Assembly: GCF_006345805.1 (NCBI RefSeq)
Contig: NC_043025.1
Span: forward strand, 1,736,001 to 1,800,000
DNA from: Octopus sinensis
Taxonomy: Eukaryota
DNA: 64,000 nt
Direction: 5' to 3'
Below are positions 25,261 through 40,000 of this stretch, in pieces. The position numbers and the translations under genes were made by a program. Every line of letters begins with the position of its first letter. Position 1 is the first letter of the stretch. Below the pieces are notes generated by a model that had not been told where the DNA came from, ran no database searches, and saw nothing but the letters and a program-made list of their open reading frames with translations.

Positions 25261-26109
25261 ATATATATATGGTAAATGAAAGACGGAATATGGCGTATAC
25301 GAGGTTCTTTTTAATCTCCACAATTCTTTCGACACATCTAGCACCGATCCCTCAAGGGCGGAATACTTAGCAACTGGTTCAGAAGCATCCGACAGTGCAG
25401 ATGTGTCTCTTCAGGTGATAAATAGACATAACTCGTCAAAATAACAGATCCGCAATTTGTCTTCTCACTTCGTGTAAAGACAAGCAGCGAATTAAAGGAT
25501 ATATCTTCATTTATGTAGAAGATCAATAATGAAATAGCACAAGAGAAACGGACACGCAATACAGCGCGAAAAGTGTATAGATATGTACTGCCATATATCT
25601 TTGGAAACTGCATCTCGGAGAAAAATTTTGTTTCTCTTTTGGACCCCGAACCCGAAAGTTTTGGGAAGACTGCTGCTTGATTACATCGACCCCTGTGCTC
25701 AACTGGATCTAACGAAAGACAAAGCTGAGCACGAAATGAAGAAAGCCAGAAAGAAGCTATAAGTAGCAGTAAGTAAATATCGGTTTCGATATAAGTTGAT
25801 GGCTCTCCTTGAGACTCGATCTCACATCTTCTGTCTAACATGACGACGAACTTTCTACCACTGGACCAGAGTAATCCGCTGCATTGCCTATCTACAAGAG
25901 ATGTGGGATCGAATTACACAGGCAGCTTGAAACTTTTCTATCCATAAGGGTTTTCCAACCCAATATATACATGCTATAATTTATAGTTGTATTTGTGCTT
26001 CGAGATCCACTATTGCACAAAAATACACTCTTCCAGAAAACAATAAACACTTGTTCTACCAAAGTTTATAAATATTTATGATATCACAACACACACACAC
26101 ATGCACATG

Positions 26110-26470
26110 TATACTCCTTTACTCTTTTACTCTTTTACTTGTTTCAGTCATTTGACTGCGGCAATGCTGGAGCAACGCCTTTAATCGAGCAACTCGACCC
26201 CGGGACTTATTCTTTTGTAAGCCCAGTACTTATTCTATCGGTCCCTTTTGCCGAACCGCTAAGTAACGGGGACATAAACACATCAGCATCGGTTGTCAAG
26301 CAATGCTAGGGGGAGAAACACAGACATACAAAACACACACACACACACACACATATATATACATATATACGAGGGGCTTCTTTCAGTTTCCGTCTACCAA
26401 ATCCACTCACAAGGCTATAGTAGAAGACACTTGCCCAAGGTGCCACGCAGCGGGACTGAACACATGTGTG
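26110..26470 (-). mobile_element. tRNA-derived SINE(s)
   Basis: Reverse complement of the SINE tail (gcatgaccgcagtcaaatgactgaaacaagtaaaagag) and of the head region (agtcccgctgcgtggcaccttgggcaagtgtcttc). Confidence 0.75.
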
Positions 26471-26506
26471 TACGTACACACATATATATATATATATATT
26501 ATATAT

Positions 26507-26601
<95 letters not shown>

Positions 26602-27099
26602 ATATATATATCTTTACAAAATGGGACAAGAACGCAAAACATCTAGACAGTTATGTGTTTCAAGAAAGGGACAACAAAACAGACGATACAAAGAAAACAA
26701 GGACAAGTCATTCGCAGTTTACTTTCTCAGTCTAGTTCCAGATTATCTTTGCAATTTCGGCTGGTTATACACGAGATTGCTCCAATATGGCCAGCCCCAA
26801 GGAAAAACAAAGCATTAGATTCCTTGGAAGAAATCAGGGTATGTATACGAAAACAAGGACGGAAAAAACTGAGAATGTTACACAAATACAAAAAGCATGA
26901 CATAACATCAGGTATCTTACGTCTAAAGGACGAATTGAATTAAGCTGGCGTGTGTAGAAGTAAAGCCATATGGCAGGGGTACAAGATTTCACGGGCACAG
27001 GGCGGAATATACATGCACCCATTGTATATAAAGAAATGTTTCTATATGCATATGTGTATGACCATCATGTTGAAGTGCATTTCTCTACGGCCTGAAGTC

Positions 27100-27800
27100 A
27101 ACTTTGGATCTCTACTGTCCGCCAAATATTTCACCCAGAATACCCAACGATGCCGTCACCCTTCTCTCACAATCTACCCTTCTTCGCTTCTGCCCCATCT
27201 TTAAACCTTTATATGACCGGTTACATTTCGTCAAATGTACCTTGTACACCCACTCCTTCCAATCTCCAATCTCTCTATCTGCGCTTCTTAACCTCATTTT
27301 TCTCTCTTCCCCACGATATTCTTCCTGTTTTTCCTCCTATGCATCGAGTCTCCGCCATGACAAAAGCTCCTACGTCACACTGACCCAGAAGACGTATGCA
27401 CATATCGGAGATGGGCTATTTGTGTGACTTTCAGATCAAATCTCTCAAGTAAATCATCTCAATGACAGGATGGGCGTTTGTTGCACTGTCCTTAAGATTA
27501 ACAACAAAAGAAATCTGATTGGGGATAAGATTACTGAGCAAATATTTGTATCTATCAGTTTACAATGATCATCATCATCATCATCATAATCATCATGGTC
27601 ACCATCATCATCGTTGGCGTGACTGTCGGATAAGAAGTTCGCCTCCCAATCACATGGTTACGGTTTCAGTCCTACAGTGTGGCACATTGGGCAAGAATGT
27701 TCTACTAGACAATTTATGCGACCAAAGCCTTGAGAGTAGATTTGATGCACGGAAACTAAAATACGCCTGTCGTTGCATATACAAATGTATACCTATATAT
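27100..27800. repeat. About 700-bp block duplicated in direct orientation at about 37830-38510
   Basis: Shared unique sequence, (CAT)n tract and SINE fragment in the same order. Confidence 0.8.
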
Positions 27801-28037
27801 AGGATTTTAGAATAGGTGTCTGACCCCCACGAGATTACATTCGACGTTGCTGTCCTCAAAACTTAAGGGTCGGCCAAAAGTGACCGTTAGAATATGTAGG
27901 AGGCTTTAAGAAACTAAATACTGTGGTCGATCAAACCTTCTGAAGATTCCTGATGACAGTGCCCCAGCATGGTCTCCACCTATTGAATAAAACAAATAAG
28001 AGATAAATGATACTTTTATATACACATATATGCACAC

Positions 28038-28088
<51 letters not shown>

Positions 28089-28677
28089 AATATATATTTA
28101 TCAATATATATACCAATATATATTTATCAATACATATACATATATATATATATGTGTGTGTATAGAGAGAGAGAGAGAGAGAGAGAGAGCAATAAGAAAA
28201 TGGAGGGGATCAATGGGTGGTTCATCAACTTTTAAACATTATATTAAGTGAATTTATTTATTTATTTACTAAAATAGCAATTGCTAGAATATAGATACAT
28301 GTATAACATATTATGCTTTACATATAAAATATTTAAAGATACCAGTAACCCTCACCCATTTAGTACACTCGGTAACGTAATTGCAATGCAATAAAAAACA
28401 CTTGTGTATTAATAGTTGGGTATTATACCAGCAGTATATTGGATAGATATTATCCCTCAGTGGGTTACATTCACAATCTCTAACTTTTTTGGAATATATA
28501 TATGTGTGTGTGTGTGTGTACATATATATATGTATATTTATATATACATACATATAAATATATATACACGTGTACATACCAATATATAAGTATACACACA
28601 TATATTTATATATATATATGTGTGTATATTTATATATAGGTATGTACACGTATATATATATATATATACACACACAT

Positions 28678-28714
<37 letters not shown>

Positions 28715-28715
<1 letters not shown>

Positions 28716-28860
28716 GGAGTGACTGTGTGGTAAGTAGTTTTCTTACCAACCACATGGTAACGGATTCAGTCCCACTGCGTTACACCTTGCGAAGTATCTT
28801 CTACACTAGCCTCGGGTCGACCAAGTGGATTTGGTTGACGGAAACAGAAAGATTATAGTT
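28715..28860 (+). mobile_element. tRNA-derived SINE 5' fragment
   Basis: ggagtgactgtgtggtaagtag...ggattcagtcccactgcgttacaccttg...cttctacactagcctcgggtcgacca. Confidence 0.7.
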
Positions 28861-29074
28861 TCGATTCTTGGACCGGGTGATGTGTTGTGTGCTTGAGCAA
28901 AGCACTTCATTTCACGTTGATCCAGTCCTCTCAGCTGGCAAAATGAGTAATCCTGCGGCGGATCTGCGTCCAGGGAAGAAGTATATACACTTCACGCAAA
29001 CCCCGGGAAACTGACACTCATATTATTTTCCAAGTAAGTTTTGTCTCTCCCTCTCTCTCTCTCACTATATATAT

Positions 29075-29882
29075 ATATATATAAAACTGAGAATGTGTTC
29101 TGTCTGTCTGTCTGTCTATGTGTTTCCCTAAAACTTGAGAACTACACAACCAATTTCATTCAAATTTTACACATGCCTTACTTAGGGTCCATGTAGTTTC
29201 ATGGGCAAAAAAATGTTCAACTTCTTGCCTAGGGTGAGCCCATAGCAATATCATATCTGCTCCACTATTTCAGTATTTACGTGTTAAAAACGAAACAAAA
29301 CATTTCTCTATTTTACGTCAGATACTTTCACTTTAACAATAAAAATTAGAGATAATGATAACAATTGAATTATATGTAGTAAGTAATAATTAAAATCAAA
29401 CTAAAGCATAATATAATCGTAACATAACAAAAGTAAAAATAGCAATTGGTATTAAATTGCATCAATGACTCGAAGTTGAATAAGTGGTTTCACATGAATG
29501 GGAATAAATTTAAAATGAAATTAGCGTGCAGAAATGGAATTGTCCAGATGGAGGTGTGCACATACCTCGACTCGAACCTTGCAAAGTGGAAATATTTTAT
29601 TTTTACCTTTGTATATGGGACGTAGGACGTCCTGGGTTGTAGCCACACTTCTATACAAGAGGGAGGACAAGATATAATTGATCGAAATTGCAAGACCTAC
29701 AATTCCAGTGTTTTAAATATTTTGAGTATTGTTATCACTAGCGATATCAAGATATAACTTTGTATTTTGTATTTTATGTGTAGATGTATATATATATATA
29801 TATGTACATGTAATATGTACACATATATATACACATATATACATGCACTATGACCCGGCAACGACGGGTCATAATGCTATAA
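29075..29882 (+). mobile_element. Helitron-like non-autonomous element
   Basis: 5' end shared with 12115; 3' hairpin tgacccggcaacgacgggtca (29851-29871) followed by a CTAGT-like end (ctata). Confidence 0.55.
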
Positions 29883-29894
29883 TATATATATATA

Positions 29895-30240
29895 TATAAA
29901 TGGGCTTCTTCTAGTTTCCATCAACAAAATTCACTCACAAGGCTTTGGTCTGCTCGAGGCTATAATAGAAGACACTTGACCTAGGTTCCTCACGGTAGGA
30001 CTGAACCCAGAACCATGTGTTTTAGTAGCAAATGGACTTTGTTCTACAACCACGGAAAGGTATTTAGTCATCGTCAATGAGATGGATTGCAATTTCTCAA
30101 AATAGATTACAAGCAATATTCACAATGAAATAAATAAATAAATAGTTATTGAGAAATAAGAGACGTTTTTAGAGTCACGACAGAGTTATAAACGACGCAA
30201 TTATGAAATAATTGTAAGTTCCGGGCAAGTTTACAACGTG
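29895..30240. repeat. About 350-bp block duplicated in direct orientation at about 45195-45520
   Basis: SINE remnant plus unique flank gtcaatgagatggatt...gagtcacgacagagttataaacgacgcaatt. Confidence 0.8.
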
Positions 30241-30446
30241 TAACTTTATCGGCTGATTATTTTTACCTCTTGTTTACCCATACAGGTGTATAGATAAACA
30301 GGTATAAGTAAAGCTGTACTTATACCAGTGTGCAGGTATAGATTTACACACACACATGTGTGTGTGTTTTTTTTGGTATTTTGTTCTGTACTTAATGTGT
30401 ATCTTTTACATATATCTATCTATCTATCTATCTATCTATCTCGTTC

Positions 30447-30527
<81 letters not shown>

Positions 30528-30569
30528 TAATAATAATAATAATAATATAATAATAATAATAATAATAAT

Positions 30570-33330
30570 TGTGTACAGTGCTCAGGTGCACTACAACTCA
30601 TCTAAAGTGTATATATAATCTGGTGTAGTTTCGGTGGATTTCGGGAAGCATGAGGGCCTTAAAGGATGCAGTGTCATGGCAGTCAACAACTGATGCGGGC
30701 AATTTATTCCATGCTTCAGCAACTCTGAGCGTGAAAAAATGTTTCCGAAAGTCATGGGAGCTGTGTTGTTTTCTGACTTTGTAGGCATGTCCACGTGTGT
30801 TAGACACATGAAGATCAAAAAGGTGTTCAGTGTTGTTGTTAGTGAGGTGGTTGATAACTATGTGGGTGCCTACCAAGTCCGTCGCCAGACGCCGGAGCTT
30901 CAGTGAATCCATGCCCAGGGAAACAAGGCCCTCAGAATATGGTAGGTGTCTGATGGAGGGTATGCGTTTGGTTGCACGTCTCTGGACAGATTCCAGGGTG
31001 TTAATGTTCTGAGCAAGATAGGGGTTCCAAACTAATGATGCGAATTCCAAGTGTGGTCGAACCATAGCTGTATACAGTTTTAAATAGATGGCTGGAGAGC
31101 GGCTAACAAAAGTCTTGCTGAGTGATGCCAAGACACCCTCGGCCTTCTTGACAATTTTAGAGATATGCTTTGTCCAACGCAAATCACTACTGACAGTGAT
31201 GCCTAGGTCACGCTCGTAAGAGGATTTCTTGATATCAGTGTTGTGGAGGGAGTATGTGGACGCATACAAAATGCATGGTGGTACACTTGTCCACAGCCAG
31301 TTTCAGTTGCCAGTCTGTGATCCATTGCTGCATTGTGTCTAGGTCTGATTGCAGGAAAGAGTTGTAGACATCAGGATCTGTCCTCTTGATTTCAAGGTAC
31401 AGCTTGATGTCGTCTGCATATTTCAATACTGTGGCATTCTTTTAATTGGCATCTATGTCATTAATGTATGCCGCAAACAAGAGGGGACCAAGGACAGATC
31501 CCTGTGGTACACCCGATGACATCTCATATCGTGTAGAATGCTGTCCTAGAACTGTGACTACCTTCTTTCGGCTGAGAATGAAGGATTTCAACCAGTTAAA
31601 AAGGTCATCCCTCACACCCATTGCAGAGAGTTTCACCATAAGCCTTTTGTGTGGCACGGAGTTGAAAGCCTTAGCAAAGTCAAGGTAGACAACATCCACC
31701 CATGAGCCACTGTCAGTGATCTGAGTAATGTCCTCAAGGAACTCGACAAGCTGATCACTGCAGCTGGCGTTAGGGACAAATCCATATTGTGAGGGTCGGA
31801 TGAGACTGTGAGAGCTCCAGAAGTTCCAGAGTGTTTCTCTGACACACGATTCCATCAGTTTTGCAATACAGCTAGTGATACTGACTGGGCGATAGTTGAC
31901 AGGTGATGTGCGGTCGCCCTTTTTGAACAGAGGAATGACACTGGCAGTTTTCCACTGCTCCGGAGTAGCACCATTGTTGAGAGAGTAGTGGAAGAAAATA
32001 GAAAGCGGGTGTAAAAGGAAGTACCTGCCACGTTTGAGAAGCAGGTATGTAACTCCATCGAGACCAGGGGAGGCAGAGTTGCGCTTATTTTGAAGGTGAC
32101 GTCGCAGCATTGCAGGTGTAAATTCCATATTTGTTATGGCATTTGCTGTTAGTGATGGTGAAGATGGTACATTTTAACTTTCAACGGTGAATATGTTTGC
32201 ATAGCACTCGGCAATGAGTTCTGCGCATTACTTGGGGTCGTCAATGATCTGGTTTCTGTGAGGGTTGCGAAGAGGGCCCACTGGAGAGTGAGGTCTCTGC
32301 TTTGAATGCACATATTTCCAGAAAACCTTGCTGTCAGGATTGGCTGCTATGCACTGTTCAAATTCAAGCACTGCTTTTTTGTCACTTGCTTGAGATGGTT
32401 GGAAGATTTATTCCGCTTCTTCCTGTTGGTGTCTGATTTATGCAACTTGTATTCCCGTTCAGCAGTCCGACGTTCCTTCCTGGCAAGTCGGACCGCTGAA
32501 GTTTCCCAAATTGCCCTTTTGGGGCGGTTCTTCTTTTTCTGTTTACGTGGCACTGATGCTGCACATGCTGCCCATATTGAGTCCAGGATACTCTGGAGTG
32601 TAGTATTCACATCTCCAGAGTTGTAGAATTCACGCCAGTTTGGGTGCTGTAGTTCAGTGTGGTACATGTTCCAATCTGCTCTCTTCCAATCGAAGGAAGC
32701 AGATTGGAGATGGTTCAGGTTTTTGTTGCCCGCAAGAGCCAGATTGGCGATGATCATAGCATGATCAGAGTCACCTAGAGGTTCCTCCGTAGTGCAATTG
32801 ATAACCGCTTCAGGAGTTGTGGTGAAGATCAGGTCCAAGGTGTTGTCGCCTCTTGTTGGAGAGGTGACTACTTGTGACCAGTTTGAGTCCAGCACAAGCT
32901 CAACAAAATCGTTTGCACTCTGTGGCCAATGGAAGGTTTCCCAATTGATCTCAGGATGATTGAAATCGCCTGCAATAAAAACATAAGTGGCTGTTTTCCT
33001 GGCAGCAGCTCGGAGGATATCGCAAGGCTGTGTGTCCTAATGGTAATTTGGGGGACGATAAACAACGCCAAGCAGGAGTGTTGACATGGTCATACGTACG
33101 TCACAGAAAAAACTTCTTGTGATTCGTTCAAATCGGCACAAGGAATTACCGAAAAATTTGAACGAACGTAGACCATCACACCACCACCACGGCGGTTAAT
33201 GCGGTCCTTACGGAAGAGGTTGTACCCCGTAATGTTGAAAACCCAATCACAGAATAAGGAATGCGCCATGTTTCCGTGACAGTGATGAAGTCAGGGTCAA
33301 TCAGGGTCACGTTAAATAGTGTGATTCATT
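30570..33330 (-). mobile_element. CR1-group LINE (APE + RT), 5'-truncated, disrupted; (ATT)n tail at about 30448-30570
   Basis: GDFNHPEINW, NTLDLIFT (APE); SPGLDG, YRPVSITS, QYGF, VYLDFAKAFNSVPH, GVPQGSVLGPLLF, YADD (RT); C-terminal RPHLEFAS.VWNP..LESVQRRATK. Confidence 0.93.
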
Positions 33331-33832
33331 TTCACTCTGCACGTATATATATATATACATGTGTGCTACAAGTATCTATGTATGTATGTATGTCACTGCT
33401 TTATAAATTTTGGACGTACTTACTGTCGTTCAACGTTTTCTTTTACCCTCAACTACACGTGGTGAATTCTTCCTTTGTAGATCTGTGGTGGTCATCGTCG
33501 TATTATTTTCTCTTTAGTTTCTTCGCCAAATTGATTATACCCTAATCAAACCATTTGTTTGTCTACTTGTGAATGTGTCTTTGTTTTAATAACATTGTAT
33601 TTTCCTCCTTTTCCTTTTTCATTCCCATATTATATGGAACTTCGGTGGACAGCTACTCTAAGACTCCAGCTGCCAGCTATATATATATATATATATATAT
33701 ACCTATATATATATATAGAGAGAGAGAGAGAGTGAGAGAGAAATGGAGTCTGTATACATATATACAAGTGACAAGTTGTGGTGCACCTGAGTACTGTATA
33801 CAATAATTTCATAATGGTTATTATTATTATTA

Positions 33833-33886
<54 letters not shown>

Positions 33887-35799
33887 GTGTGTGTGTGTGT
33901 GTAAAATGTTAGAGAAAGAAACCCACCTGTTTCTTGCAATACATACCAATACATGCATCTAAAGGAAAATATATTCAGGCTCTTTAAATATTCTTGTGAA
34001 TCTCTAATCTATTATTTTCTTGCGTAGACCCCTAAAAATCTCATACAGACTCCGGTTGAGAACCACCGACCTGACCCATCCGTATCTAATACCCTGGCTG
34101 CCGCTTCCCGATTGCTCAACTGGAATGATTCTATGAATCCATTTTTAAAAGCTTCGTATTTCTGTGAATAGCTGATGGTCTGCTTAGGATATGTCTGGCA
34201 CCCACCTTCTTCTTGTGTCCTTATCCAGGGTTGCTGTTACATAAGAATACTTCATCAGGTCTGAAGTGATGTTTCTGATGTTGAACTGCGCCGCGAATTG
34301 TGCGAACCACGATTGTGGGGCTCTCAGTGCGACGGTGTTCGCGCATGGCATGATGGCGTGTTTGTGTGTTTTCTTTTCACTTCGGTGGGTTGCTGGGGGT
34401 CAACACTTAGAGCTTTCGTTAAAGCTATGCGTAAAAATAACTACAAACGGCCACGAATTGTTATTGTGTGTTATGCAATGTACAAAGGGAGGAAAGATCC
34501 TCCCGGTCTGGTTTATCGCTTAACTGGAAGTCGCTTCTCTGCGAACTCATTCAATGACTTTTATTTTTATAAATTTTAATTTTATTAGGACTTTTAAACA
34601 CAAGAAAACAGGAAAGAAGAGTGTTAAGAATAAGAAAGAAAAGGAAAGAGTAGGGGATAGAGCAGTAGGCGTGGGGGCGATGGACCACAACCGAAAATAA
34701 ATTCTTCAATAACAAGTCCGCAGTCATAGTGCTCGTCTTCCAGTTTGTCCTTTGCTATTTCACGGCCACTGTCCCACGTAATGCAGATTTAAGTCACCCC
34801 GTATAACCCTCTGGTAACTTTTTCTTCTTTTTTTTTTTTTTAGAATTTCCTGAAAATTTTTGCGATCTTTTGTTCTACACACGAGATAACGTACGGTTAT
34901 GGTGATGGGGACGTGTATGTGATTTGAGGGCGAGTTAGTTGGGTTTTTAGCACATCTCACGACCATCTGATACCTTCCTCATGTCTTTGTCATTCTTGCA
35001 TGTCTGGATGTTTTTCAATATTTCTTTTCCTCATAAACACATTTACTACAATGGTGATGCACCCTCAATTTCGGCCTGCATGTACTTTAAACACTGACTT
35101 AAAAAAAAATATTCCAAAAAGTATAACTTTTAGGATTTATGGGGGAGGGATAAAATATGTTTTTTTGTATAATCGTATGAATTCTCGTGTGTAGACCACA
35201 AATTCGCAAAAACTTTTCTAAAACTTCCCTAAAATATTAAAAGACATAAGAGGTTGTATGGGTGCTTAAACAAGAATTGCGCTCAATTATTGCATTATTT
35301 CTATCAGTTAGACTGCAGTCATTCATAAAGTATCAAGAGAATAGATTTGAAAAGGTAGGAGATAATTCTATGAAGCGGCCTTCAGATGAAGTTCAAGTGC
35401 CAAGCAATCTACCCTTCTCGCTTCACTCCTATTCTCCTGCTGCAGCTGCTGCTGCTGTAGCTGTTGCTGCAGTTGCTGCTGAGCGAACGGTCTTCGTCCC
35501 AGAGCTCGCAGTGGGAGAAGTCCGAAACGTGGTCCTTTGCTATTCGTAAGACCCGCAGAAAAGAAAGCAGGTCAACCCCCGACACCGAGAGCATCGACGG
35601 ATGGATGAATGCGCTTCCAGGCTCAGCGGTTGCGTAGGAAGTCGGGGACAAGAAACAGGAAGACAGAGTGAGAGAAAGTTGGGGCGAAAGAGTACAACAG
35701 GGGTCGCCACTACCCGCGGCCGGAGTCTCGTGGAGCTTTAGGTGTTTTCGCTCAATAAACACACACAACGCCCGGTCTGGGAATCGAAACCGCTGCTAC

Positions 35800-36210
35800 T
35801 GCTGCTGTTGTCGGTGGTGTCATGGCAATTAATTCTGAGCATGGGGGCGGTTGTTCTGCCGGTGCTGTTGAGGTCACCATCTCGGGCCGTAGTGCTGGTG
35901 TTGGTGCTGCAGTCGTAGATGTCGGTGTTGGGGTTTCTGTCGCCTAATGCTTTGCTCCCGATGTCGCGCTCGCCCTTGCTATTTCTGTCGCTGATGTTGT
36001 TGGATGAGCTGTTGCTGCTATTACTCAGGGTGTTAGGGCCGGGTACCACCACAGCCTCATACACGACACTGTCAGCCTCATGTTGCCCTCCCCACCCACT
36101 CGGCAGCCATTGTGGTTCAAGAATGAGCAACCAGCCTCTACCCACGTTTCAGGGTCGTTTGCCAATATACTTATCATGTGCCTAAGGGCACACCGTTTGT
36201 TCAAAAGGCA
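35800..36210 (-). mobile_element. Second copy of the PLE linker/GIY region (inverted relative to 21590-22005)
   Basis: ORF 35738-36145 ...EADSVVYEAVVVPGPNTLSN... matches 21655-21918. Confidence 0.85.
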
Positions 36211-36589
36211 CAACTTAAGGGCAGATATTAGGGGAAGTGAAATCTACATGGACCCTTGATAATTGTTGGTTACAGTTGCTACTCTTCCCCTCCAACAGGC
36301 GGGGTCTCCTTCTCTTCTTAGCATATATCTGAACCCCCTCGACCCATTCTTGACCCACGCATTTCTCTGGGTACACCCAATAGTATTCCTTATTTACTGT
36401 CTTCTTGCACACCAACTTTGATATTTACAATATATTTTTGTGTCAGTATATTATTCCGACCTAACGAGGTGCCTCAATTTCAGACCTTATTCAACTGAAT
36501 ATTTCTTATATCTTGTGTGTTTGCGTGAGTGTGTGTGTGTGTGTGAGTGAGTAGATGTATGTGAATGTATATATGTATGTACGTATATA

Positions 36590-37640
36590 GAGGCCGACGC
36601 AAATGCCGTGGACGTAAGGGATAATTTATTAAACGTATCGCTACACACGGAGATTTTATCTGTTAATTATTTAATTGTTATATGTGCTGTTCAAATTGCT
36701 TCCATTTCGTTTCATAGCACATTTCCATTCTGTACGTGCAGGACTCATAAACACGGCGGAGGGTTTCCTTTCTTTTTTACTGCATTCATTTTCAATTCCT
36801 TCTTTAAGTTTCTCCATATTTCTACGAAACTTGTGATAAACAACTGATTTCAAATGGCCCCCACAGATAAAACCCACGTGCGTGAGGTCTGGTTACTCCT
36901 GTGGTCACTCACAGGATCTCTCCCACCTTTCCATTTGTTAGGGTATAGCTTTGTTAAGCTATGCCCACTCAAACTCCTAGAGACGAGAATACATTTACCA
37001 AAAGCTTTATTACTTGACGTACATCAAGGCTTAAGTCGCCAGTTATTTCTGTTCAGTTAATTTAGGTTCGCTTAACGCTCACTGCTGACATTTCTATTGT
37101 TCTTCTCCTTCCAGCGGAAGTCCCTTTTTGTGGTTGACCAACTTCGTAGGTAGACCGCAACGAAGTTCCTGTCTACAGTTCACCTGTCATGAATCCTGCC
37201 CTACAAGGAAAATGTTTATTTTGGAAACCAGGAACCAACAAATCAAAATGTGATGGCGCTCCATCCTGTTCAAAGAACATGATGGTTTTTTGTTTTTGCT
37301 TCTTCGTTGATTTTTGGGAGTATGTTTCTAAGAATTTCTCAAACAACTGCTGTTGATATCAGATCATCTGCACATTTCGGTCTGATAATTCGACAGTGGA
37401 CAGTGACACCACCAGCTCCTTTAATTAAACGTCCAACAGTTGACCCATCAATTGGAAGTCGGTGTGCCTTCTGCCTATTGAATTCCTCACCAATAGATCT
37501 GGATTAGTTCCTCCTTTGCCAGACATGAACACAAAGGTAACTCGTTTATCCTTCGTTATCTTTCTCACACATCTTATTTCGTCAAAATCCTTTCAGCAAC
37601 CAAGAAAATATCAGAGCAAATTAAACATTTCAAACATTAT
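36590..37640 (-). mobile_element. Tc1/mariner-superfamily transposase relic
   Basis: PDLTHVGFICGGHLKSVVY...EKLKEGIENEC resembles the SPDL.P.DF.LWG.LK..VY C-terminal block; the 5' extent is uncertain. Confidence 0.6.
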
Positions 37641-37722
37641 GAATTAAATCTTGTATATGAGTGTTTATCTGTCTGTCTGTCTGTCCATCTCTTTAGCTCT
37701 CAGTCAATCTGTCTATCTCTAC

Positions 37723-37760
<38 letters not shown>

Positions 37761-38576
37761 CGGTCTCTCCATATAACAATCAATCTGTCTGTTTGTATAT
37801 TTGTATGTTTCATTATCTCTCGTGAACCCTAACCCCTAAACACTGCACCCAGAATACCTAACGATACTATAGCCCTTCTCTCACAACATATCCCTCTTCC
37901 CCTCTGCCCCTTCTTTAAACCTTTATATGGCCGGCTACATTTCGTCAAATGTACCTTGTACACCCACTCCTTCCAATCTCCAATCCCTCTATCTGCGCTT
38001 CTTAACCTCATTTTTCTCTCTTTCCTACGATATTCTTCCTGATTGTCCTCCTATGCATCGAGTCTCCGCCATGACAAAAGCTCCTACGTCACACTGACCC
38101 AGAAGACGTATGCACATATCGGAGATGGGCTATTTGTGTGACTTTCAGATCAAATCTCTCAAGTAAATCATCTCAATGACAGGATGGGCGTCTGAAATCG
38201 TGATCTGTTGCACCTCACTTAAGGTTAACAACAAAAGAAATCTGATTGGGGATAAGATTACTGAGCAAATATTTGTATCTATCAGTTTACAATGATCATC
38301 ATCATCATCATAATCATCATGGTCATCATCATCATCGTTGGCGTGACTGTCGGATAATACTTTCCCTTCTCAATCACATGCTTCGGGTTTCAATCCCACA
38401 GTGTTCTATACTGGGCAAGAATGTTCTACTAGACATTTTAGGCGTCCAAAGCATTGAGACTTGATTTGATGCACGGAAACTAAAAGAAGCCTGTCGTTGC
38501 ATATTTTAATATGTATTTATGTGAGTTCACTACCACATGACAATCGATGTTGCTCCGTAAACAAAATTTTAGAGAA

Positions 38577-38632
38577 ATCTAACAGCTGTTTCTGGGATTA
38601 CTGAAAATTTGGGGTATCCCATCATCGGAGAC
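38577..38632 (-). ncRNA. Hammerhead-like motif, CCGATGA (U4C) core, downstream of a PLE 3' region
   Basis: - strand: GTCT CCGATGA TGGGAT..ATCCCA GAAA CAGCTG TT AGAT; palindromic stem III ACAGCTGT. Confidence 0.55.
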
Positions 38633-39699
38633 AAATAGGGAAAATGTGCAGGGTAGAGATTAAAGAAACGATGAAATAAAGACCTGGAGAAATATAAAGA
38701 AATGAAGAATAAAGAAATATAAATGTTTAACTTTCCGATAGTGTAGATGTTTGTCCATAAATATTTTGGTAAATTAAGTCTTTTAGCACAATCCTATGTA
38801 AATCCAGCTAGTATTAGAGTCTTCATAGTGTAAATATCCAGAGGGAAAGGCGACCATATCCAGGTATGTTTAGAGTCCTCATAGTATAAGTATCCAGAGA
38901 GAGACCTGACCATATCGACTGTTCGTAAGAGAATGATAGCAGAAGTGGCCATAGAGGGACAATGAGAAAGAAAAATAAATAGAAAGAGGGGGAGGTATTG
39001 GTAGGGAAACTGGAGGTAGAGAGAGAGAGAGAGAGGAGGAGGAGGAGGAATGCAATTCACAGGGCATTGGCAAGGATTGATAGGAAGAATAAGATAAGGA
39101 ATATAAAAATATAATGTACAAAAATAAACAAGAAGATAGGTAAACAAAATAAACAATAAAAATATTAAAATAAACAAGATAGGTAAAGAAATATACAAGG
39201 AGAGAGGAGGAAGGTAAAGGAGGACAAAGTAAAAAATACAAAATAAATTAAAATTAAATAAACAAGAAGATAAATAAATATAAAAGAATAAATAAGGAGA
39301 GAGGGGGAAGGTAAAGGAGGATAAGGTAAGAAATGCAAAATAAAGTAAAATAAAATGAAAGGGATTCAAAGAGAAGACGATATAAAGAAGATAGTAGATG
39401 TCAGTACTGTCCCTCAAATTTTTAGGGGTTGGGGCAAGAGGTCAAGTAGTGTCCATTTTATGGCTAAGGTCATTGGTTGTAGAAATATTTCTCGGCTATG
39501 GCGGTATGATTGTGTAGGGAGGCGTGTATGGAGAAACCAGGTGAATGTTAAATGATTTAGGAATAAGGGTTACAACTAAGGATTAGGGGATCTATTAGGT
39601 AATTAAAAATTAACAGTTATCATCGAAGCTACTAAGGTAGACAGAAAAGGTATAGAAGGGTCTGGAGGTATGTAAGCGTTACGTGAGGCGGGGGTAAGT

Positions 39700-40000
39700 T
39701 TAAACTTGGATTTATGGAAGAATTTAAAAGTGTGGAAGAATTTGTGTTCACACATTGCGAAGGCTTCGTTGTGTTTGTTAAGTAATTGTGGTGAGTTATG
39801 GGTTAAACATTTAAGGGCTTCCTTTAGGCAGAGCCCACAAGTCGTTCGCTGGCCCTGATATGGGATGACAGGATCTATTATAGCCCAGATAAACTACTAT
39901 ATTGTATTTTTCTATTAATTAGATGGTAAAACAGAGTAGTTTCCCTACCAAAACAATTGCAGGAAAATTCTTTCCAGTTCAAAATATCAGATAAACCTAA
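39700..40000 (-). mobile_element. PLE GIY-YIG C-terminal fragment; its pyrimidine-rich (on -) 3' region extends to about 38550
   Basis: WAIIDPVIPYQGQRTTCGLCLKEALKCL..LLNKHNEAFAMCEH matches the W.I....Y....C.LCL.E..LLN..E...C.H pattern of Neptune-type PLEs. Confidence 0.75.

Noticed and set aside
38794-39417. 207-aa hydrophobic ORF resembling a membrane protein
   Set aside because: Translation of a pyrimidine-rich low-complexity PLE 3' region
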